From the NCBI GenBank assembly GCA_937625935.1, contig OW569378.1, positions 62,001 through 126,000 of the forward strand: 64,000 nt of DNA, in the 5' to 3' direction. The stretch is from Tetramitus jugosus. Lineage: Eukaryota; Protista; Heterolobosea. A program made the position numbers and the translations under genes. Positions 1 through 10,601 of this stretch are shown here, piece after piece; positions within the stretch are counted from its first letter, which is position 1; each line of letters opens with the position of its first letter. Under the pieces are notes generated by a model. The model was not told the DNA's origin. It did no database searches and saw nothing but the letters and a program-made list of their open reading frames with translations.

Positions 1-25
1 TCACCTGGAGTTCTTTGAGAGTGAA

Positions 26-3000
26 ATGATGTCTACTCGCACAATCACTCAACAATATCACTCTATGCAATCTGTTTCTCTGTCCAAGAGCTTTCAACAA
101 CAAAACAATCATAGCTCTCATAGCTCCAAGAAAAAGTCTACAAGTTCCTCCAATGGACCACGACCATGTATTGTTGAAATGTTGGACACTGCTGGACAAG
201 AAGAATATTCTGCACTCAGAGATCAATACTACAGGACATCTAGTGGCTTTATACTGGTTTATTCCATCAATGATGCCCGATCGTTGGAGGATTTGGAGAC
301 AATTGCTGAACAGATTCTTCGCGTAAAGGACCAAGATCGATTTCCAATGCTCTTCCTAGGAAACAAGACTGATTTGGAGAGTTATCGTCAGGTGTCTCAA
401 GCTGATGCAATGAGATTGGCTCAAAGGTTTGGTGCCTTGCATATGGAGTGTTCTGCCAAGTTGCGCCTCAATATTGATGAAGCTGTTCATGCAATCATTA
501 GAATGATACCTCGAACTGGAATAGATTACCAGTTGGCTATTGTGGGAGCTGGAGGTGTTGGCAAGGTATGTTTTCCATTCTTGTGAAGTTCTTTTGTAGA
601 TTTTCTCTTTTGACTCACATCTTCTTCTTTTCAGAGCGCATTCTGTGTTCAGTTTATTCAAAAGTAGGGCTTATACTGCTTTTGATCATCTTGTTTTACT
701 TGATTTGTTTGCTAACATTGTTTAATATCAATTATGTTATTTCATTTGTTGTTTGTAGTGTGTTTGTGGAGGAATATGATCCAACGATTGAGGACTCTTA
801 CAGGAAAATGATCAATGTCTCTGACATTCCAATCAATAGTGATTGGGCCGTTAATGGTAACTCATCGAGTAGTTCTGCCAATGGTGGTGGCACTTCTGCA
901 ATTAGAAATTTGTTTTCTAAGCTGTTGAAGAAGTCATCATCACCACAGCCATCATCATCACCCTCTACACCTACTGTTGAGGAACCTGTCGTTGCCAGTA
1001 ACAAGCAATCAGAAGGATTTACATGTAGGAAAGCTGATGTCAACAGTGCTGTGATACGATTATCTAGTCTAGCTGATCCAGTTGATCTCGTTTTGCCCTG
1101 CAAGAGGAATGAGATGCTCCAATGCTCTCAGTGTATCGCTGCTTTGACTCCACTGAGCTATCAGAGAGGAGCTGTTGTTGGCAATTGCTGGTCATGTGAA
1201 TACTGTGGAACTAAGAACACTTTATCCAATGAACCAGCCTTTCGTGTCAATAGGAACAGCACCAATGAAATGATGTTGGAGTTTGTTGATTTTATTTATG
1301 AAACCCCTCAGGTTAAATCAGAAGATTCTGATGAAGAAGAATTGATCATTTTCTGTGTAGACACATCTGGTAGTATGTGTGTTTCCGATGAACTACCAAG
1401 CTACAGTGTACTTAATGTCGATATTAGAGGACAAGATAAGAAGATGAAAAAGTTGAGAGAGTTGAACATTGATGGTGGTTATCAATTTTTGCCTTCGGAG
1501 AGAAGAGATGTCACCTATGTGTCTCGATTGGAGTGCATGCAGTCTGCGATTGATCTTCAGTTGGACGAGCTTTCCAAGCAAAATCCAAACAGCAGAGTTA
1601 TCATGGTTACCTTTAACTCAACAGTGTCAGTCATTGGTGATGGTAACTTATCCAACAAGTATGTTGTGAGTGCAGCTGCCGATTTGAGTGACTTTGACCG
1701 CATGTTCACAGTGGGTGAAGTGTACGACGCCAATCAAATCCAAAGTATCTTCCTCTCCAAGGAGCAGTTGAGCAATGTCCTATTTGACATTGAGGAGGAG
1801 GGATCTACGGCTCTCGGTCCAGCCTTGGCTCTATGTTGCGGTTTAGCAGGTCAAAGCACAAAATCCAAAATTATTGTGTGTACCGATGGTATGGCCAATG
1901 TCGGTGTTGGTAACTCTGAATTATCAGATGCTGAGATCACAGCATTCTACGATCGGTTATCAACAACTGCTCGAAGTCAGGGAACTAGTATCAGTGTGAT
2001 TGGTATCGAGGGAGAGAACTGCGACTTGGTTCGCCTTGGTAAGTGTGCTGATGATACGTCTGGAACTGTCAGCATCAAAAAGCCATTAGAGTTGAGAAGA
2101 ATGATGAGACAGATTATTGATAATCCAACTATCGCCACAAGTACCACTATTCGTTTCATCTCACCAACCAATATCATGTTCACCAAGGGAGAATACTTTG
2201 CACAGGAAATCACTGCAGAACCTGAAAAACTAGAAGTATTGGAGATTGGAAATGTGACAGGAGAGTCAGACATATCATTCGAGTATGTCGTGACTTCCGC
2301 AGACAAATTGGCTGACAAGAAGGGTAAAAAGAAGGCTCAAGATATTCCAATTCAACTCCAGATCAATTACAAGCGAACAGATGGTACTGTTGGAATGAGA
2401 GCTATATCTACCAACTTGCCTACTGTGACATCGGATCGGGAGCAAACAGAGAAGAACATTGACGTTAGTGTCATTGCACTGAACGCTGTACACAGAGCAG
2501 GTATGTTTGCAGAGCGAGGTCTGTACAAGGAAGCTAGATTGAAACTCTTCTCAGTGCAAAGCATGCTGGAGAGATGTGCCATCGAGGGTGTCCAGAGAGA
2601 AGAGTACTCCACATTCGTAATCGAAACAGAATTGTTAGATCAAGAACTTCAGAGATGTCAATTGAGAAATACGAGATCAGCGACTGATGAAACTGCTGGA
2701 ATCGTATTCAGGATGAAGAACATGTCTCTGAATACTTATCTCTCAGGCTCCAAGAAGACCACGCTTGTGAAACAGAGAAAGAATCACACAGCCTCCTCTG
2801 TCAAGCAATTCAAAAAGAAGACACAGAACGTTGGACCAAACTTAAGTCAGATCCCCAATAGCGATCTGGCTCGAAAGCTGATCCAAGAACAAGAGAAGCG
2901 GGAACAACTCCAAGAACTAATCAACGAAAAGGAAGAACAGACAAAATGTATCATATGTGAAGAATCGGAGATTGATGTCGTTTGTGTTCCATGTGGTCAC

Positions 3001-3099
3001 TTAATCATGTGCCATGGATGCAGTAACAAACTACAAAAGAAAGAATGCCCTTCGTGCCGTCAACCTGTTCAGACATTTGTCCGAGTGTTCAAGAGATAA
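26..3099 (+). CDS. cpras1: Circularly permuted Ras protein (cpRas GTPase - Sec23/24-type Zn finger - vWA - C-terminal RING); exons 26-565, 635-663, 759-3099
   Basis: GTPase motifs occur in permuted order: G3 (LDTAGQEEYSALRDQY), G4 (NKTD), G5 (CSAK), then G1 (GAGGVGKS) and G2 (EEYDPTIEDSY). GT-AG introns 566-634 and 664-758 join the frames to give GKSAFCVQFIQNVFVEEYDPT. Downstream are a CxxC..CxxC finger, vWA MIDAS DTSGS/TDG, and a C3HC4 RING CIIC..CGH..CHGC..CPSC. Confidence 0.92.
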
Positions 3100-3552
3100 A
3101 CATCTTAAGATCATCGAAAAATAAATACCAATGCATGTAAGTAATATAGACATATTATCCCTTCATTTGCCAGATAGCATTCATTTGTTTTTACAGTGGT
3201 TTTTGTGTGGTCGGTTATCGTTGGTAAACAGAGAGTAAGAGCGCATGTGCATCACACGAGAGAGTGAGAATAGAGAGGAAATTTCGCGAAGTACATCTCA
3301 AATCGGCGCCTTCACACATCGGGTGTCATCCAAAATAATATAATCATCGATGATAACATATGTGATCCACTATCCAACAAAAAAGACAATCATCACTCAT
3401 TCTCCACTACTCTACCGCTCCCTCCACGTGCCTTCATGCTTTGTGCGTGTGCATACACATTCGTCCTCCCTCTCCTTCAATCGGTGTTTGTTTGACACAA
3501 CAGAGAACCTCCTCATCCGTTTTCCATGTGATTTTACGAAAAAAAACACACT

Positions 3553-4334
3553 TTAATGTTCCAACTTCTTGCTCTCTGGGTATGTATCAAGCTTCTCAAT
3601 CTCACCAGTCTCTTCTTCTTCTTCGACCAATTGGTGTTCAATTTGCATTCTGGCCATAGTCTTTGGAGAAGCAAGGTAGAAGAACAAACCACACTCATCA
3701 CAAACACCAAAAGAGTTCTCACTCATGACCCAGAATTGTTGTTCAGTAGAATCGTAGTCAATGTCATCACCCTTGTAGCATTGACCCATGCATCCAATGA
3801 CTCTCTCTGGTTCACCCATGGAAGGTATGATAATAGGGTTGAAAATGCTGGAACCAACACCACTCTTGACATCAACGACTTCAGTCTACAGAGACGCGTT
3901 CATGCAATTGGTAACAAATGAAATGAAAAAATTTTGAAAAAAAATGGGTGAAAAAAATCATTGTTAGCTCATGCATCGTGTGGCCACAAAAACAAATATT
4001 CGCAACAACAACAACAACATACCAAAAGATCATCATAAATGTGTGGATTCAACAATTCAGCTCTTTCGCTACCAACAGCTCTTTCAAAGAGAGTAGGCAT
4101 GGTCAACCAATAGTTCTCCAAGTCTTCTTGATGTGTTGGTGTCAAGGACTTTGGAAGTGGATTTGGTGTCACGTCGTGCAATCTGACTGGAGTTGGTTCG
4201 TTCAAATCTTGACCATTGTGTTGTTGAACGCTCTTCTCAGCCAAGAAAGTGTGAGTGGTGGAGAAGGCTCTAGTAGTTGTTTGCTTGTTTCTCATCAAGT
4301 GAGATGCGACTCTAACGGAACGGAGGAGAGACAT
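3553..4334 (-). CDS. COX5B: Cytochrome c oxidase subunit 5b (yeast Cox4-like), one intron ~3887-4022
   Basis: Mitochondrial presequence MSLLRSVRVASHLMR. Spliced product reads AVGSERAELL...NPIIIPSMGEPERVIGC...CDECGLFFYL, giving the zinc-binding Cys pattern of COX5B. Confidence 0.88.
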
Positions 4335-4747
4335 GTTTTTTTGTGTGTGATTGCTGTTGGTATTTTTCTCGTGTTTAGCTTTTTTTATTGCGTGTGGCAC
4401 ATGAACAACAACCCCTCCAACAACATTGTGAGAAGGGGAAAAGCCGCAGCAAGGAAACACAAGTTTTCATTCGGGTTAATAACTAATCCCGACTTGCATT
4501 TTTTTGTAAGATTTTTGGTTGACTTTTTTTCCGTGAAGCTTCATGATCAGGAATGGATGATGTGATGTCCCGATAAATCACTGAAGGAGAAATTGATGCG
4601 GCAATCAAAAACAACCAAAGCAATGTCAAACAAGAGATTACCAAACAACTATATCCTGACATTATGAAAAAACGACCGCACCACAACATCATAAAGTTTT
4701 TTGAACTGATTCGAATGCGCACAAAATAAAGTTAATGAAGGATATGA

Positions 4748-4844
4748 TCCCATATAGTCTAGCTGGTTAGGATATCCGGCTTTCACTTCCAAGCTGAAAT
4801 GCAAAAGTTCCCGGAAGACCCGGGTTCGAGTCCCGGTATGGGAG
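4748..4844 (+). tRNA. tRNA-Glu(TTC) with 24-nt intron (4786-4809)
   Basis: Acceptor stem TCCCATA/TATGGGA, D-arm TAGTCTAGCTGGTTAGGAT, anticodon stem TCCGG/CCGGA with TTC at 4782-4784, intron after position 37, T-loop GTTCGAGTC, downstream T4 terminator. Confidence 0.92.
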
Positions 4845-5107
4845 ATCCTTTTGCTCCACACTTGCCCATGCCAACGTTGAGCGATGTTGTTGAATCCCCT
4901 CATCATTTTAGTTACCTAAAACCACGTTGCAGTTTACCAAGATTCCTCTTAATATCTTCTTACTGCCAACGCCATAAGTATCGAACTATAACAAGTATCG
5001 GCAACAACAGCCACATCCAGGCACTGTTCGAATAGTGGTTTTTGCGAAAAGGCCCAGCGTGCCCAAAAAAACGTTGACTAAAACTTGAAATTTTTACTAA
5101 ATATCAA

Positions 5108-5179
5108 GGGACAATGGTCTAGTGGTATGATTCTCGCTTTGGGTGCGAGAGGCCCGGAGTTCGATTCTCCGTTGTCCCC
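5108..5179 (+). tRNA. tRNA-Pro(TGG)
   Basis: GGGACAA/TTGTCCC acceptor stem, TGGTCTAGTGGTATGATT D-arm, CTCGC-TT-TGG-GT-GCGAG anticodon arm, GTTCGATT T-loop, T4 terminator. Confidence 0.95.
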
Positions 5180-5196
5180 AGTTTTGTGCCAGTTCT

Positions 5197-6084
5197 TTAT
5201 TGTCGTTCTGGTTGTATTAACTTGGATGAGTGGAGGGCTGTGATATGGGGGCAATGTTTCAAAATATGGGATGCATTTTCTGATCTCACACCCCCTCCAG
5301 GCATGATGGTAATTAAGCCTCTGCCTCTATCAGTCAGTTCATTGATATTATGGAGGTGCTTGCTGTCAGTGTACACCTTACTCGATAAATCCCTCGCGTT
5401 CTCAGCACCACTTGTTAAAATATAGTCGATGACATTATAGGATATACCAAATCTGGACTTTAAACTTTCATTTATCTCGAGCAACATCGCAAGAGCTTCT
5501 ATTGAATTGACAACCATGTCGAATGCCTTATGGAAAGTGACATGGTACTCGAAGTGAAATTCTATCGAAGCTTCAACGACAACAGACAATAGCTGCATGA
5601 GATTGTCTTTGTCAATCATCAAAATCTCCCTTCCAGAGTGCTCTGTATTGATCTGCTTCAGGCAACCAAAGACAAACCCCTCAATGGAGCTATTCGGTTG
5701 TACTTTAGGAACATTCGAGCTCGCATTCCACTTTGCAAACTCATAAATTGCTTCTTTCATCCATTGCATTTCCTGAACCGAATAAATGAAATGGGTATGA
5801 CCCTTTGAAGATGAGAACACTTGTTGCTCATCGATACTCGACGAAGGTGGTCTAATCATGACGCGCAAGGAAAGATCATTATCATCATTTGGTGCCAGAG
5901 CTCTGAATTCCTTCACAATTTCTTCCAACATCGAAATCGATGGTGAGAGACCCTCCTTTTCCAATTCTGAACAAAGCTCAACACGGTAGCGCAATTCTTC
6001 TGTTGAAGCACAATTTCTGTGCAAGACATCCACAGCGGCATCCACACTGTCCACACACGTTTCCAACACTCTGACACCATCCAT
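5197..6084 (-). CDS. cutC: Copper homeostasis protein CutC (TIM barrel)
   Basis: LETCVDS, RVELCSEL..EGLSPS, VMIRP, GFVFGCL, TFHKAFD, ILTSG, IMPGGGV and LHSS motifs in CutC order. First ATG is at 6084. Confidence 0.9.
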   Translation of the reverse strand: MDGVRVLETCVDSVDAAVDVLHRNCASTEELRYRVELCSELEKEGLSPSISMLEEIVKEFRALAPNDDNDLSLRVMIRPPSSSIDEQQVFSSSKGHTHFIYSVQEMQWMKEAIYEFAKWNASSNVPKVQPNSSIEGFVFGCLKQINTEHSGREILMIDKDNLMQLLSVVVEASIEFHFEYHVTFHKAFDMVVNSIEALAMLLEINESLKSRFGISYNVIDYILTSGAENARDLSSKVYTDSKHLHNINELTDRGRGLITIMPGGGVRSENASHILKHCPHITALHSSKLIQPERQ

Positions 6085-6247
6085 CACAAAATAGTTTGAC
6101 AACCGAAGTTCTTGTTTTTTTCACCCGACTCTTGTTCACGTTCGAACGAACAGAAAAGTACTTGCCAAGAGCTTTTCATCAACAACAAAAAAAGCTTGAC
6201 AACGTTTCACCTTTTTTTCTGTCAAATAAACACAACAGCAACCAAAG

Positions 6248-8345
6248 ATGACTGCCAACACCAGTGACGCTCCAAACGACCAACATGTAACAAAACACAC
6301 ACCTCAACACTTTCACCATAACCCTCCTCCTGCACTGACCAACATTCCTACACCCTCATCCGACACTCACTTTAGTGCGACTGTATCACCTACTTCCCCA
6401 CCTACTTCACCATTATCATCATCTTCTTCTTCTTCACTAACCAGTGCATCACCTACTACAACTCATCAACTTCATCATCAAATGCACCACCACCATCATC
6501 CTCCTCATCTCCATCATCATCATCACAAACCACACTCCAAAGCCAAAAAAAACAAACCACTCAATCTCTTTTTACCAAAGGACAGTAATGGAAGTCCATT
6601 GCTCATTCATTCAAACAGTGATAATAATCTCTCTCAATTTAACAATAACAATTATAATAATAATAATAATAGTAGTAGTCAAAATATGATGAGTGGAGAA
6701 GAACATGTTGGATTAATGATTAAAACAAATAGTAGTCACAGTATCAATAATGGTGGTAATAATGGTAGTAGTGATATTGTTGTTGATGGTGGTGATGGTG
6801 GATTAATGAGTAGCTTGGACAGTATCAATGGTTCTTCTCATGGTAAATTGTCATTTGATCTTGCTTCCATGTCTGCTGCCATGATTCAACGAAATGCACA
6901 CATGAATCAGAGTCAACAAAATGTGAGTGCTGGAATGTATGTATCGTAACCATCGATTAATTGTTTGTGATGAATTGACTTTTTCCATTGACACAAACTC
7001 ATTTTTTGTGTGTAAACTATGAATGTGTAAACTTGTTAATGATGATAGTTCTGCGAGTGGTTACTTTAGGTTTGACAAGTTCCGTATCGGTACTCATGGA
7101 GTCATTGGAGCCATGAATCAGTCAGCATCATCTTCAACAGATGACAGTGAAGGTTCCTCCTCATCCACAAACAACAATACCAATAACGATATTCATGATC
7201 AGAATGACGCCATAACAACAACAACAACAACAACTGCAAATCATACGTCTGATGATGATGACGCATCTTCCTCTACGAGTCGTGATGAAACGAATAGTGA
7301 TGAATCATTATTGAACAATAATAATGACAAGAGGAAGAGTGTATCGACAGCAGCAACAACATCAACGACAACGACGACAACGACGACAACAGGTGAAAAA
7401 TTATCGATGAGTGCACCAGCAAAACAACATGAAACAATCAATCTCGATGATTTAGTCAATCAAAAGCGATTGGGCTCTGGTGCAAGTGCCAGTGTTTTCC
7501 GATACATTTCGCGCTCTGATCCCTCCAAGAAGTATGCCGTCAAAAAAATTACAATTGACAAGAATGAGCAGAAACCAAAGGTCATTGTCGCAGAGTTCAA
7601 GAGTCTGTACGAGAGCAATTGTCCCAATATTGTCACTTTGCATGAAACATTTTACAAGGAAGGTTGTGTTCATATGATTCTAGAGTATTGTGACTGTGGA
7701 AGCTTGGATGATGTGAGAAAGACCATGGTCACCATTCCAGAGAGAATTTTATCATTGATCAGTGCACAAATATTGAACGGATTGGATTATTTGCACTCTG
7801 AGAAGCGAATCATTCATCGTGACATTAAACCTGCGAATATTTTGATGAAGTCGCAGGGTGAAGTAAAGATTGCTGATTTTGGCATGTCTGGACACAAGCG
7901 AGGACTCGATGATGTGTTGCCACAGTTTGAAACATTTGCTGGAACGTACACGTACATGAGTTTGGAGCGTATCAGAGGAGGTGTCCATAGTTTTGACAGC
8001 GATATTTGGAGTTTTGGTCTCACTATCATGGAGTGTGCGCTGGGTGAGTTCCCATTCACTCTCAATGAAAGAACAATCTGGGAGATGATGAGACATTTGG
8101 AAGCCAATGTCGATCAAGTCGTCAGTGAACGATTGAGCAAGTTTTCACCAGAGTTCAACGAGTTTATCTCTGCGTGCTTGAGGGTTGAGCCAGCACAGAG
8201 ACCAACTGCCAGACAGCTCCTCGAATTTGACTTTATCAAAAAGTACAAGGGTACGAAACCATCTCTCAAGACATGGATCCTCAAGGGATATGTAACAAAG
8301 AAGCAGAGCGAAGCCAAGAGCAAGCGTCAACTGCGAAACAAATAA
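6248..8345 (+). CDS. STE7/MAP kinase kinase with long low-complexity N-terminus; intron 6937-7048
   Basis: GSGASASV, AVKK, HRDIKPAN, DFGMS, GTYTYMSLERI, SDIWSFGLTIMECALGEFPF (MAP2K signature). A phase-2 GTATGT..AG intron joins the two ORFs. Confidence 0.88.
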
Positions 8346-8511
8346 ACTGTGCCCTCTCGCCCTCATTGTCTTGTTCACTTTTTTGCATGCAGATGTCCCG
8401 CTAAGCTGCGTTGAACATCCGCTTCAACTCTTCTGGCGAACGCGAAAAAAAAAACACGAACAAAAAATCAGAGCCAAAAAACAACAACAAAAAAAGAAGC
8501 AAGAGAGAAAC

Positions 8512-8977
8512 ATGGTTGTCCTAACGATCCGACTGATCCGATCCTTTGAATACAGAAATGTTAAAATGATGATTCTAAAGAATGTTGATCTAGAGAACAC
8601 CACAACTCAACAATTGCTTGAAATCGTATCACAAGAAATTCAAACAAACTCTGCTTATTTGCCACACCGAACAAAGAAATATGATACGTTGAAAATGTAC
8701 CACAAGGCTCATTCATTCAAGGTTTGTTTTTTTTCCCATTTTTTGCATGTTTTTTTGGTTGGTTGGTTAAATTCAATGTTCCTTAATTGAATTGACTTTT
8801 GTTGTTTGTTGTTTTTAGTCCAATCATTTGGTCATCAATTTTGAACATGATGAAGATTGGATATTGGTGGCTGATAAAACTTTGGCAGAGCAAGGCGTGG
8901 AGGATGAGCATGAAATTTCATGCTTTGTTAGGGAAGAGTATGAACAGTACAAGAACCATCCTGAGAATAAATGGTAA
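8512..8977 (+). CDS. UPF0538 / C2orf76-like (DUF2340) ubiquitin-like protein; intron 8722-8818
   Basis: MVVLTIRLIRSFEYRNVK...YDTLKMY..AHSFK|SNHLVINFEHDEDW...GVEDEHEISCF..EEYEQYKNHPENKW matches the family pattern. Confidence 0.88.
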
Positions 8978-9029
8978 ACTAGAAAATTTTTTTTTGAGGG
9001 TCATGTTGGTGAGCTGTGTGTTGCTTTTT

Positions 9030-9512
9030 TCAGTAGTAGTTACTGTGTGTGTGATCCTTGCCGAATAGTTGCATGAATTGAGAGATGGAAATGTGTTGTG
9101 AATGGCTAGGGATGCCGTTCTTTTCGAGAAATGAGTCCAAGGAGGTTGTTGAGACAGAATCGGGACCATAATGACTCAATAGCTCTCGCAACTCCTTCAG
9201 ACTCATGTATCCTTCTTTTGGTGAGTCAACATGTGGGTCGTGGTGCGCAAAGAACTGGTACAATATCTTGTTCATGTCTTGTTCATCCGAGGTTTCCATG
9301 TGCCTCGACAGAACATCCAAAAAGTCACCAAATGTAAATGTTTCCTTGTCGATCATGTTCACGTATCGAGACAATTGATCGTTGGTTGGTGAGAGACCAC
9401 ATAATCTCATGAGTGGTAAGAGTTGAACAATGGGCAATGTCTTGGAACGAGATGGTCCCAGTGCTTGGAATAGTCGTTCATATTCTCGTATCGATTCTAT
9501 TGTGAATGACAT
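9030..9512 (-). CDS. Divergent calmodulin/centrin-like EF-hand protein
   Basis: 160 aa with LMRLCGLSPT, TFTFGDFLDVL, FAHHD...GYMSLKELRELL and ISISQF: calmodulin-like layout with degenerate loops. Confidence 0.7.
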   Translation of the reverse strand: MSFTIESIREYERLFQALGPSRSKTLPIVQLLPLMRLCGLSPTNDQLSRYVNMIDKETFTFGDFLDVLSRHMETSDEQDMNKILYQFFAHHDPHVDSPKEGYMSLKELRELLSHYGPDSVSTTSLDSFLEKNGIPSHSQHISISQFMQLFGKDHTHSNYY

Positions 9513-9625
9513 TTTCTGTAGAAATTGCAACGTTCCCTTCAAATACCGCCAAAAATTGCTTTTGCTTCTTCCAATTGATTGAAGATCCCTTCTTGAAAAA
9601 GTTTGAGGATCAATATCAACGAGAG

Positions 9626-10438
9626 ATGGCAGCACCCGTACGGCATGTGGTTTTGATTGGCTCTCCCGGATCAGGAAAGGTTTGTTTACTGCAACTGTTT
9701 TTCTGCTTTCTTTGCAAGGGCCTCCCTAAAGACTAATCCCTATGGATTCAACTGGAAAAGACTTCGATATGTCAAATGATTCAGTCAGATTTTGGAAACA
9801 CTGTATTAAAGTATGAAATGGGTCATTTACTCAAGACATTTGCACAAGAAAGTGAAACTGTAACCAGTGATCAACAAGAAGATGTGACACAAACTCGGCA
9901 ACTGATCCTAAGATTGGTTCAATCTGGCAAGCTCAAAACTCAAGTACCAGTTTCAGTGATTGAAACCGTGTTGAAGCATTTCCTGCAAGAATTATCACCA
10001 GATACTCGAGTATGCTTGTATTATGGCGGTCCTTTGAGTGTAGAAGAGGCTCAACGGTTGATTATAAAGCCAGACTTGGTTCTCGTATTGCATTGCAGTG
10101 ACGACCAGGTGATCATTGATCGTATCTGCAATAGGAGGGTAGATACTGTGACTGGAAAGACGTATCACCTTGTGAATGACCGAGAACTTTTGGAACGGAT
10201 GAATATCTTGACTGAAAAGAGCAGATTAAGGTGTCGACTAGGGGATGATGAAGTATTGTTTAGACAACGACTTTCCAGATTCAAGAAAAGAAGTGAGCCA
10301 ATCATTCAGTTTTATCGTGAACTGTTTGCAGCAGATGATACTCAAAGTCAGGGATCCATCGTTATGATTGATGCTAGTCAACCTGTAGCTCAAGTCTATG
10401 AACAAGTGAAGAAACACATTCAACACTTACTGCAGTAA
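9626..10438 (+). CDS. Adenylate kinase family protein; intron 9680-9760
   Basis: P-loop GSPGSGK|TS, PDLVLVL, LID RRVDTVTGKTYH, RLGDD..F.QRL, IDASQPVAQVY. Confidence 0.85.
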
Positions 10439-10601
10439 CCTCACTCGTGAAGCGTATACAAAACAAACCTTCACTCACATTTGTGTACCTACTGCAATAC
10501 ACCCAACCAATTCTTCTCTTTGTAATCATCATATTGGCGGGCTTTCCCAAAAATAGCGCCATTCAGAAGCAGATCAATCCACACAGTAAAAGCCAAAAAA
10601 A

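Noticed and set aside
6400-7400. Poly-His/Asn/Thr/Ser tracts as functional repeats
   Set aside because: Trinucleotide slippage tracts are common to many genes in this window.
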